This document shows positions 27,211 through 38,489 of a stretch of 64,000 bases of DNA, one piece after another. Each line of letters begins with the position of its first letter. Position 1 is the stretch's first letter. The DNA is from Octopus sinensis. Its lineage: Eukaryota. Both the position numbers and the translations under genes were made by a program. The DNA lies in contig NC_043018.1 in assembly GCF_006345805.1 (NCBI RefSeq), forward strand, positions 17,050,001 to 17,114,000, given 5' to 3'. Below the pieces are notes generated by a model. That model made no database searches. It was not told the DNA's origin and was given only the letters and a program-made list of their open reading frames with translations.

Positions 27211-29190
27211 TATAAAATATTATTTGAGACAAAACCACTATTTTGCAAAACAAACAAGGAAAGACTTAATCAATACATAAAATTTAATAAATAGTCAAAA
27301 AAACCGCCACTACAATCGTTTCTTGTCTTGATCGACAATCTTCAGGTGGACTTCCAATCTAAAAAATCAAAATTTTAAAATATAAAAATAATACTTTTAA
27401 ATAATTAAAGTATAAATGAAAAAATATAAGTATATAATCCATATATAACCTATATATAATCCATATCGAAAATATAGACTAATTACCACGAATTCCCTAA
27501 AAAAAACCATGATAAAACAAAACTCTTAAAAACATATAACGATAAAATCTCCTTTGCTAAACTCTATAACAAACCTATATAGTAAACCCCCTAACCTAAA
27601 CATTCACACACAAATACACACACGTAAACCACAAACTCACGACTTATACACATACCTATACTAACTTATACCTCAATATACACCAAAACCCCTCCCTCCC
27701 CACACAGACAAATTAACACATACATCCAAAACCTAAATAACAAACCCATATACACATTCACACACAAACACACACTCACACGCAAAACACTCACACACAA
27801 AAGATACATATACTCCCTCACATATACGCCTATACATACTCACTAAACTCGACATATACAACAATACTTACACACCCACAAAAAACATTATATACATTTA
27901 TGAGCTTTAACTCACCTTAGCATCTCTAACAAACAACTTGCAGTAACCCAATCCCATTCTCTATGCCTACCTCACTACTACACTATTCCATTCACATTCC
28001 AAGCAACGCTAGTCCACCACCCGGTTATTCACGTGGCAAACGAACACCACTCAAAATTATGAATGAAACAATGTAAAAAAATAACCAACACCTAAAATAT
28101 ACAAAATACCACAAATTACCTAAAAAAAACCATGATAAACCAAAACTCATAAAAGCATATAACGATAAAATCTCCCTTTGCTAAACCCTATAACAAACTT
28201 ATATAGCAATCCCCCTAACCTAAACATTCACACACAAAAAACCCACACGTAAACCACAGACCCAAGACTTATACACAAACCTATACTAACTTATAAACCT
28301 CAATATACACCAAAACCACTCCCTCCCCACACAGACAATTAACACACATACATCCCAAATCCTAAATAACAAACCCAAATACACATTCACACACAAACAC
28401 ACACACACGCAAAACACACACACACAACAGATACATATGCTCCCTCACATATACGCATATACATACTCACTAAAACTCGATATATACAACAATATTTACA
28501 CCCACACTCATACAGATAAATAAATTAATTATACAATTAAAAACTCACAACCAATCTCATATACATAAACCCTCTTATGAAAAACACAATAAATACATCG
28601 TAATTAACCAGATATCAAAAATAACATTATGACATAAGGATAAATCAAATACATACTTACAATTCAGTTACAAATTATGAAGTGAAATTAGATTTTTAGC
28701 CGTTAAAAAACCAAACAAAATTACGTTACCATGGAAATAACTAATGTAAAAAAAGAATACGCGCCATAGAAAGTAAACGTCATTCATAGTATGAATGGAG
28801 AAATATAATAAATGGAACTAAAAACTATTTCCACGTAGCAAACCAACGCTACTTAAAAAAAATTTATTATATGAATTCTTCTTTAAAAACAATCATGAAA
28901 AATCAATTATATACATTATGAGCTTTAGCTCACCCTAGCAACTCTAACAAACAACTTACAGTAACCCATACTCAATGCCTACCTCATTACCACCCTAATC
29001 CATTCACAATTCCAAGCAACACTAGTCCACCACCCGGTTACAATTCCAACTCTACCCATTCATTCACAATTTCAACGACGTTCACTTCAACAACTCTACA
29101 TATAAGCCTCAACATATACACCGGAGATACACTTACACATCCGTGCGGATGGGTGAGAGTATACATTAAGTGTAGTGATGGGGTTCCCAA
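27211..29190 (-). repeat. left inverted arm (inverted copy of the PLE 3' end); C/A-rich on + strand, with an internal diverged tandem duplication (~27500-28120 vs 28121-29040)
   Basis: Reverse complement of 32160-34137; differences are mostly homopolymer lengths. Confidence 0.95.
27307..27349 (-). ncRNA. minimal type I hammerhead ribozyme, intact core
   Basis: ccac CTGAAGA ttgtc-gatcaa-gacaa GAAA c-gatt-g TA gtgg: stem I 4 bp, stem II 5 bp, short stem III, GUA cleavage triplet. Confidence 0.85.
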
Positions 29191-31074
29191 GTTAGATTAA
29201 TTTGCCCATGTAAATCGGACCTAGGTAAATTAAGTAAATTTATTTTAGATAAATATATTGATAAGTTAAATAAACTTAATTATTTAAAATTATGGTTTAG
29301 TAATAATTATACATTGAAATGGTTTAATAATATTAAAGATAAAAATCGTTATAAATTTATTCAAATAGATTAGATAATTATTATTCTTCTATTAATGAAA
29401 TTGTGTTTAATAAAGCGCTTATTTTCGCAATGAATAAAGTGGGCATGTCACGGGAAGAAGTTAATGTAATTAAATGGCTAGGAAATCGCTAATTAAATAT
29501 AAAAATAAATTATGGGCTAGGAATGATACTAGAGATTGTTTTGATATACCTATGGGAGCACCAGATTCTGCACAGGCTACTGATTTAGTAGGTATTTTTC
29601 TTTTATCTGAACTCCAATTAGAAAATCTTAAGATAGAGGGTGGTTTATATAGAGACGATCTTCTACTAGTTACAAAAAATTGTACTAATAGGAATCTAGA
29701 AGTATATAAGAAAAAACTATATAGTTTCTTTAAAAGATATGGTTTACGTATTACTATATATAAGGAGAATTATAATGTTAATTATTTAGATGTTAATTTT
29801 AATCTTATTACAGGTAAAACACAACCATATCATAAACTTAATGAGAACCTTAGATATATAAATGTTAATAGTAATCACCCATTTTCTATTAAAAAATCGT
29901 TGATTAATAATATAAGTAAACGTATTTCATTACTCTCTTATGATATAGAGATTTTTAATAAACATGCTAATTATTATAATGAGGCCCTTAGAGGGGCAGG
30001 TTATAATAAGAATATTAAATTTATAATATTAGCGATAATGATTTAAATGATAATTTTCGAGATACTTCTAATAATAATTATATTTTTGTTACGTTTAGTG
30101 GTAAAAATAATAGATATTATAAAAAAAATAAAAATGATAAAAATATAAATAAGAATAATATAATAATAATAAATATAATAATAATAATATAAATAAGAAT
30201 AATATAAATAAAAATAAATTTAATAATTATTATAATAATTATATTGATAAATTTAATAATATTAATAATTCCTTAAATGCTGTACATAGATATAATTCTG
30301 ATAATAATTTAATAAATAAAGAATTATAAATATATTTATAATAATGATAATAATAATAAGGTTAATAAGAATAAAATTTGGTTAATAGTTCCTTATGGAG
30401 ATCAAGTTAAAAACGAATATTATTAAGAGATTTTAGATGTTATAGAACTATTTATTAGAGATAATCGTAAATATAGAAACATTTTCTCTTTTAATAATTT
30501 TGGAGTTGGTTACTCTACCACTAATAATGTTGGTAACATTATTTCTTCATTTAATAAATATAAACTGAATAATTTTATAAAAAGAATTATTTGATAATAA
30601 TATTAATAATGATAAGACTTATATTAATTGTACATGTAGAGATAAATCTAATTGTATATTAATAATAATTGTGATATTAACGATGTAGTGTATAAATGTA
30701 TAGTTACATTACATGATAATAACTTTAAGAATAATAATTACACAAAAGCGGTTTATATAGGTTCTACTTCCTCAAAAATAAAACTAAGAATTGCACAACA
30801 TATGAATTCTTTTAAAAATAAAACTTAATCAACTCAACCGGACTTAGTAAGTATATTTGGAGTCTTAAATCACTAAATATTAATTATAGTTTAATATGGG
30901 AAATAATTTGTAAAACTAAATCATATAATATAGGAGCTAATGTTTTTATTTATGCTCTAATGAGTTTAAAAAATTTTATTTTAAGTATGATAATTTACTT
31001 AATACTGGGGAGGAGCGCAAAATAAAAGTAGACACAAGTTACTTTACTTATATAATAAGTTTCATGATAAATAG
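29191..31074 (+). pseudogene. Penelope-like reverse transcriptase + GIY-YIG endonuclease (frameshifted, 5'-truncated)
   Basis: VRLICPCKSDLGKLSK; KFIQID/LDNYYSSI; FDIPMGAPDSAQATDLVG; GLYRDD; YLDVNFNL; SNHP; Asn-rich linker; KIWLIVPY; CTCRDKSNC..NC..VVYKC..VYIGSTSSKIKLRIAQHMNSF; NSTGLSKYIWSLK; LCSNE..LLN..RH. ORF 29474-30046 is the RT core. Confidence 0.92.
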
Positions 31075-31615
31075 CAATAATAGTCCCTTTTAGGTTATTT
31101 TAGTTTAGTTTAAATTAGTTTAGATGATATATATTTTTGGTTATGTTGTCTAGGATTTAATTATAGTTAGTCTTTATTGATATTTCTTTGTTTAATTAGT
31201 TTATTTTTAATGTATATTAATTTAGCAGTTTATGGTACGTTAAAACTTTAATAATTATATTATTTTTTTTATTTTTTATTTTTATTTTTATTTATTTTAT
31301 TTTATTATGTATTTTTATTTTGCATTTGTTATATGTATTTTGAGGATATATTTATATGTTTTTGGGTGTTATTTAGTGGTGTTTTTATTGAGTTTTGTAT
31401 GTATGTGTGAATGTTTAAGATCCCTTTGTTTTTTGTTTTTTATTTGTATGTTGAATTGACAGATTTTATTTGGGTATTGTCTTTTATAAATACACACCCA
31501 TAACAATTATAAGTGCCCACTTCATTCGTTGTACTTGGGTTTGCATGTGAGCCTAAGCATATGCACCTAACGGCCACTCCAGCCCCACATGGATAAATAA
31601 ACATATACATCCCCT

Positions 31616-31650
31616 AAAAATAAAAATAAAAAAAAAAAAAAAAAAAAAAA
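31616..31650 (+). other. poly(A) tract downstream of AATAAA (31596-31601) inside the PLE 3' region
   Basis: Direct reading. Confidence 0.7.
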
Positions 31651-32159
31651 AGGGGAGTAATCCTTCACACCAATTATATGTATACAATTATACACACTTG
31701 AATAATACATACTAGCCTAATATACTGAACATACTAATAATCACCAACTAACCACCATCACAAATGAAACCCACACCCATACTATGACAAAACTCCCCAT
31801 ACCCTATTTACACCTACATAGTAATCCCAATATATTCTTCCATACATGGACGCAAGTGCGTGAAGCACATGAACATAATTAGTACGTACAACCCCTAATA
31901 CACACTAATATATACGTATCAAGCTCGACCTCCACAGTGATAAGTTTACACACAATCACACCCAGATGGGTGAATTGCACAACCAGTGAATGCTCACACA
32001 TACGGGCGCGATTACATTGTTGCATATATCGAGCCAAAATAGTATGCATATGTACATGTGAGGGGTACACGTAAATGAAGTGAGCGTGTACCCCCTGTAT
32101 TTATACCCGTGCGTGAATATACACATGGAGACTACCACACAGGTACAAATGTGTTTAGA

Positions 32160-34137
32160 TTGGGAACCCCATCACTACACTTAATGTATACTCTCACCCA
32201 TCCGCACGGATGTGTAAGTGTATCTCCGGTGTATATGTTGAGGCTTATATGTAGAGTTGTTGAAGTGAACGTCGTTGAAATTGTGAATGAATGGGTAGAG
32301 TTGGGAATTGTAACCGGGTGGTGGACTAGTGTTGCTTGGAATTGTGAATGGATTAGGGTGGTAATGAGGTAGGCATTGAGTATGGGTTACTGTAAGTTGT
32401 TTGTTAGAGTTGCTAGGGTGAGCTAAAGCTCATAATGTATATAATTGATTTTTCATGATTGTTTTTAAAGAATCCATTCATAATAAATTTTTTTTAAGTA
32501 GCGTTGGTTTGCTACGTGAAATAGTTTTTTAGTTCCATTTATTATATTTCTCCATTCATACTATGAATGACGTTTACTTTCTATGGCGCGTATTCTTTTT
32601 TTACATTAGTTATTTCCATGGTAACGTAATTTTTTGGTTTTTTAACGGCTAAAAATCTAATTTCACTTCATAATTTGTAACTGAATTGTAAGTATGTATT
32701 TGATTTATCCTTATGTCATAATGTTATTTTTGATATTCTGGTTAATTACGATGTATTTATTGTTGTTTTCATAAGAGTGTTTATGTATATGAGATTGGTT
32801 GTGAGTTTTTAATTGTATAATTAATTTATTTATCTGTATGAGTGTGGGTGTAAATATTGTTGTATATATCGAGTTTTAGTGAGTATGTATATGCGTATAT
32901 GTGAGGGAGCATATGTATCTGTTGTGTGTGTGTGTTTTGCGTGTGTGTGTGTTTGTGTGTGAATGTGTATTTGGGTTTGTTATTTAGGATTTGGGATGTA
33001 TGTTTATTTGTCTGTGTGGGGAGGGAGTGGTTTTTGGTGTATATTGAGGTTTATAAGTTAGTATAGGTTTGTGTATAAGTCTTGGGTCTGTGGTTTACGT
33101 GTGGGTTTTTTGTGTGTGAATGTTTAGGTTAGGGGGATTGCTATATAAGTTTGTTATAGGGTTTAGCAAAGGGAGATTTTATCGTTATATGCTTTTATGA
33201 GTTTTGGTTTATCATGGTTTTTTTTGTAATTTGTGGTATTTTGTATATTTTAGGTGTTGGTTATTTTTTTACATTGTTTCATTCATAATTTTTGAGTGGT
33301 GTTCGTTTTGCCACGTGAATAACCGGGTGGTGGACTAGCGTTGCTTGGAATGTGAATGGAATAGTGTAGTAGTGAGGTAGGCATAGAGAATGGGATTGGG
33401 TTACTGCAAGTTGTTTGTTAGAGATGCTAAGGTGAGTTAAAGCTCATAAATGTATATAATGTTTTTTGTGGGTGTGTAAGTATTGTTGTATATGTCGAGT
33501 TTAGTGAGTATGTATAGGCGTATATGTGAGGGAGTATATGTATCTTTTGTGTGTGAGTGTTTTGCGTGTGAGTGTGTTTTGTGTGTGAATGTGTATATGG
33601 GTTTGTTATTTAGGTTTTGGGATGTATGTGTTATTTTTCTGTGTGGGGAGGGAGTGGGTTTTGGTGTATATTGAGGTTTATAAGTTAGTATAGGTATGTG
33701 TATAAGTCGTGAGTTTGTGGTTTACGTGTGTGTATTTGTGTGTGAATGTTTAGGTTAGGGGGTTTACTATATAGGTTTGTTATAGAGTTTAGCAAAGGGA
33801 GATTTTATCGTTATATGTTTTTAAGAGTTTTGTTTTATCATGGTTTTTTTTTTAGGGAATTCGTGGTAATTAGTCTATATTTTCGATATGGATTATATAT
33901 AGGTATATATGGATTATATACTTATATTTTTTCATTATACTTTAATTATTTAAAAGTATTATTTTTATATTTTAAAATTTTGATTTTTAGATTGGAAGTC
34001 CACCTGAAGATTGTCGATCAAGACAAGACGATTGTAGTGGCGGTTTTTTTTGACTATTTATTAAATTTTATGTATTGATTAAGTCTTTCCTTGTTTGTTT
34101 TGCAAAATAGTGGTTTTGTCTCAAATAATATTTTATA
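32160..34137 (+). repeat. right arm (PLE 3' UTR/pLTR); G/T-rich and C-poor on + strand
   Basis: Reverse complement of 27211-29190. Confidence 0.95.
34000..34040 (+). ncRNA. hammerhead motif with defective core (GAAA reads GA)
   Basis: ccac CTGAAGA ttgtc gatcaa gacaa GA cgattgta gtgg; two A residues fewer than the left-arm copy. Confidence 0.7.
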
Positions 34138-34217
34138 ATATTTTACTATAAAATTGGATTTAATCCTAAATCTGATTTTTTTTTTCCTGTAAATTTGGAT
34201 ATATTCCCTAATATTTA

Positions 34218-34254
<37 letters not shown>

Positions 34255-34769
34255 CACACACACATATATATATACATATATATATAAATACATATATATA
34301 TGTATATATATATATATATATATACAAATTGAGAACCCTACAGTCTCTTATGTGGTGGTTTAATAAAGTATGTGATTGAGTATTATCTGGTAATTGATAT
34401 TTGATTTTGATGTATTTCTCCATTTTCTTATCTTGTATATATATATATATATATTTGTGTGTGTGTATGTGCGTATGTATGTGAGTATTTAAGTATGTGT
34501 TTAGATGTGTCTGTGTGTGTGTGTATGTATAGGTACATATGAACATATGTTTAGGTACTGATATCTGTGTCTGTTCTAGTTGTATATATATATATGAGTA
34601 TATATACGATCGCCGAAACAGATTACTTGAAAAGTCTTCCTTCACCCATGGTTCAGGGATTGGAGTCACCCAGCATCTTGCAGGACTATGTTATTCATAG
34701 CCAGTCCAATGTGATATTGAACATCGGAGTTACATAATGAACATTATAATTTAAATCCCTAGATATATA

Positions 34770-34990
34770 AGGGCGGTGTGCTAACAAAATCCTCGGCATC
34801 ATGCTGTGCAAAATACTTAACAGCTACTCGTCCGTCTTTACGTTCGGAATTTATATTCCGCTGAGATCGACTTTGCTTTTCGTCCTTTCGGAGTCGATAA
34901 AACAATAGCAACTGAACAATGAGGTTGATATAAATGACTTATCCCTCCTCCGAAGTTGCTGGCCTTGTACAAAAATTTGCGACCATTATC
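34770..34990 (+). mobile_element. decayed SINE family A copy
   Basis: AAGGGCGGTGTGCT..., TTACGTTCGGAATTTATATTCCGCTGAGATCGACTTTGCTTTTCGTCCTTTCGGAGTCGATAAA. Confidence 0.65.
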
Positions 34991-35684
34991 ACAGGACAGA
35001 TATTCTACCTGTTGTCACGAAGGTCTGCTGCATGCGCTATAACATATTAAAATCTCCCTTGTTTTCCTTATAGAAATTGGTACTGTTGGTTATGAATAAT
35101 ACGAATATGCTGCAGGTGAAGCCTTTAAGTGGTAGGTGTAGTAGAAAAAAGGCTTTTGCTTGATAAAATATTTCGAGAAAGTTTGAATTATCTCGACATT
35201 CCAAGTTTCACCTCAAGGAACAGTTGAAATCAAATCTGCAAACGAGAGAAACAGTAGTCAATTGTACATTAACGAGTTTCTACTAAGTTTGAGAAGATTA
35301 CAGCACTGACACAGCCCTCTACATTACGTAAATGATGGGTGACTATTGACCCCTCTGCCAAGTCGCCCTTGTATTATCACAATTTATGGAACTACAGTTT
35401 TCTATAAAAGTTTGCCCCCGTTATGTTCAACAAAAGGTCACGTAATTTATCATTAACCAGGTTTAGCTTCCATTTCAAAATTCAATAATCAAGTAAGATT
35501 AACACATTTATCGGAATATCCTACAAGAGGTTCCGCTGTATATCATTACCAGATGGATAGAATTGTTTTATCGGGTCGATTTAACCAATTCTCTGAGGCA
35601 AACGTTAACTGAAAATATTTTACCTGTTGTTGCTCATTCCCACTAGAATTCTGTTCAAAATGACATCTACAAATAACAGATATT

Positions 35685-35866
35685 CTATGTGGATATTAGT
35701 ATCACGTCAATGATTCCTAACAATTGAATAAAGAGACATTCTCCGACATTATGCTCAATTTCGTTTCCAATATTATTTGAAGGACTATCTTTTCCAGTCG
35801 AAAAAGGATAAATATTTGGCTTTGCAATATTGTTTTCTAAGCAAACACAATTCCAAAATTGTAATC
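35685..35866 (-). other. candidate exon/coding remnant
   Basis: Acceptor gttccttctttcag|. Phase-1 frame open for 59 codons: xLQFWNCVCLENNIAKPNIYPFSTGKDSPSNNIGNEIEHNVGECLFIQLLGIIDVILIST*. Confidence 0.3.
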
Positions 35867-37249
35867 CTGAAAGAAGGAACTTGTAGCCATTTTATGAAAA
35901 TTTCAATGAAATTATTAGCAATCACACTAAAATGATTGTTGTAAGATATTAGAACCAAACCTTTGAAACAAGCATATTTTGTAATTATTTAGAAAGATGT
36001 AGTGAAGTTCAAATTAGCTTTTAAATTTACGGAGATAGACATCTTCATTGTGTCTTCGTTTGTTATCTTTCTGTGTCGACAAAAATGTCGACTGGGAAAG
36101 TTTGAGTTAATAGTAGTTAATAGTTATGCATCTGTGTATGGCTAACTTGTCTTCCAGGCTATAACCAGTTTATATATCTTGTCGGCGCTGTCGTCCTCGT
36201 CGATGTTGTTGTTTCTGTTGTTACTGATTGACTATAACAAAAATTTAAGGAATTTTGACCGTGTTTATCTTGTTTCTTCTTTATCATTTTATACAACTTT
36301 AAAACTCTATTATTCAACGTGTCATTTCTAATCTACAGTGGCGCATGAAATTTGAGGGGAATTTAACTTATATTTCTACATGAGAGAGCAACCAAATTGC
36401 GACACCCTCGTTAGCACCGACATTTCTGATGTTATTTTGCAGATTGCGAGTACAGATTGAAATTGAAAAGATTGCTTACCAAGCAACATAAACATGGATT
36501 CCGCGCCAGTTCCCTTTTGACAAAGAAAGCACAAAATTACATCTAATAACGTTTGTGTTCATTATTAAACAGCGCCTGGTATGGCAGAAAATGCTAGATT
36601 TCCATAACCCTCTTCACTGTGTTGATGAAGACGGTTTTATTATTTAATTTTTGGTCTTTGTTTGGCCAAATCTAAATAAGTGACATATCCTCGTCTCTCT
36701 CTCTAGTGGAAAATGTGTGTGTAGGGGTGAAAACACCTATTTGTTTGACACAATATGAAGAAAATTTGGAATCTAATCCAACATGCGTTGTTGGAAATTC
36801 TTGAGTTCAAAGAAGGGCTTCATGCTGGCAGCTTGCTGGATTTGTTTTAGTTCAGACAAATCCGAGTTAAGTATACCTATAATCAAATGCGTTCAGATTG
36901 TGTGACGATTTTATTACAAGCAAGTGCAATTTTGAAAAAGGATCCAAACGCCAACCATATTTCTAAAGAGAGCAGTGTGTAACCTGATGGGAATTATGGT
37001 GGATCGCCATTGTGGCGTCGCCAACCAAGAATAGATATACGTCACCATTCATGACTGCTGTGTATTACACAATTCACGTAGAAATAATGTAAGCAGTTTC
37101 TTAAATATTTATTCATTTGCAGTGTGAGATGAAGGAAAAGTTGATCCTAAACCAGATACGGCGCAACACCATCTACCATACTCTCTATCTCTCTCCCCTC
37201 CCTCCCCTCCCTCTCTTTCTACCTCTTTCTATTCCTTTCCAACTCTGTA

Positions 37250-37285
<36 letters not shown>

Positions 37286-37345
37286 CAGTACATCACACCT
37301 AACACTATATACATATAGGCATACATGCATATATGCATATATATA

Positions 37346-37383
<38 letters not shown>

Positions 37384-37423
37384 ACATACATACACATATA
37401 TATACACATATATATATACACAC

Positions 37424-37466
<43 letters not shown>

Positions 37467-37572
37467 ATATATATATACATACATACATACATATATAATT
37501 ATGTATATATATTTTGAATCTAATCCAACATGTGTTGTTGGAAATTCTTGAGTTCAAAGAAGGGCTTCATGC

Positions 37573-37705
37573 TGGCTGGTGAGGCCAATCCGGGCTTCCT
37601 TGCCCGGATTGGCCTCACCAGCCACCTCCGGTCTCATGGCGGCAGTTCCATCAGATGATGTCAGTTGGTCATCTTCGAACCGAAGGACGAACATAATAAT
37701 AACAT
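37573..37705 (+). mobile_element. 5'-truncated RTE/BovB-like LINE 3' end with an inverted 5' duplication
   Basis: CGGATTGGCCTCACCAGCCACCTCCGGTCTCAT = [11 protein letters not shown] (RTE C-terminal motif), then GGTCATCTTCGAACCGAAGGACG and an (ATA)n tail. Confidence 0.7.
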
Positions 37706-37736
37706 AACCTACATACATACACATATATATATACAC

Positions 37737-37787
<51 letters not shown>

Positions 37788-37805
37788 CATACATACATAT
37801 ATAAT

Positions 37806-37853
<48 letters not shown>

Positions 37854-38489
37854 TTTCTGCGTAATTTATTTGTTACCATCAAAACGTATCAATCGTTACT
37901 ACTGTATAGAAAACCAAACATTAAAACTGAGTATTAGGGAAATAGTATATATATTATATAGTGAATGTGAACTCGTGGACACGTATGGCCATCATTGACA
38001 ACTCAAAATTTTAGTTACAATTAAGTTTGCACAAAACCTCATTGGTCCTCTCCACCCTGATATGATTCAGTGATAGGTCGACGCAAGATGTCAATATGGG
38101 TCGCTAAAGTTTAGTGGTTAGATAAACATGTAAGTTATTTTTGAGACAGACAATTTAAATAATTCTATTAATAATAATATTCCTTAATTTCTCCGTTTGA
38201 AGAATTTCTAATAGAATATTACTTGCTTGTCTCTCTAACTTTGTATTTGCTATCAGTAGCTGAAATACATGCAATGGCGAATGGATAATACCAAAATATT
38301 TCCAATTTCTGTCTTGTTAAACAATAGCTCTGCAAATAATATTTTCACGAGTCCGAATATAAAATATTTTCGTTGAACTAACATACATCAGCGTCTGAGA
38401 CTAAGTTTTGATTCTATTAAGAAAATAATCAGATGTACTTCAATAGGACAAAACGAGTTTACCCTAATTACCTACTATATATATATATG

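Larger units (their letters stand above)
27211..34137 (+). mobile_element. Penelope-like element insertion: inverted pLTR + 5'-truncated RT/GIY-YIG ORF + long 3' region/pLTR
   Basis: Arms 27211-29190 and 32160-34137 are reverse complements. The ORF remnant starts exactly at the inner end of the left arm. A hammerhead motif lies ~100 nt from the outer end of each arm. (TA)n flank on the left. Confidence 0.9.

Noticed and set aside
27500-31450. Mitochondrial insertion (NUMT) suggested by strand skew and AT richness
   Set aside because: The coding part translates as PLE RT/GIY-YIG in the standard code; no mitochondrial genes or tRNAs were recognised.
36474-36536. Second hydrophobic mini-exon candidate on the minus strand
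   Set aside because: Weak acceptor, and the sequence resembles a decayed SINE family B head on the plus strand.
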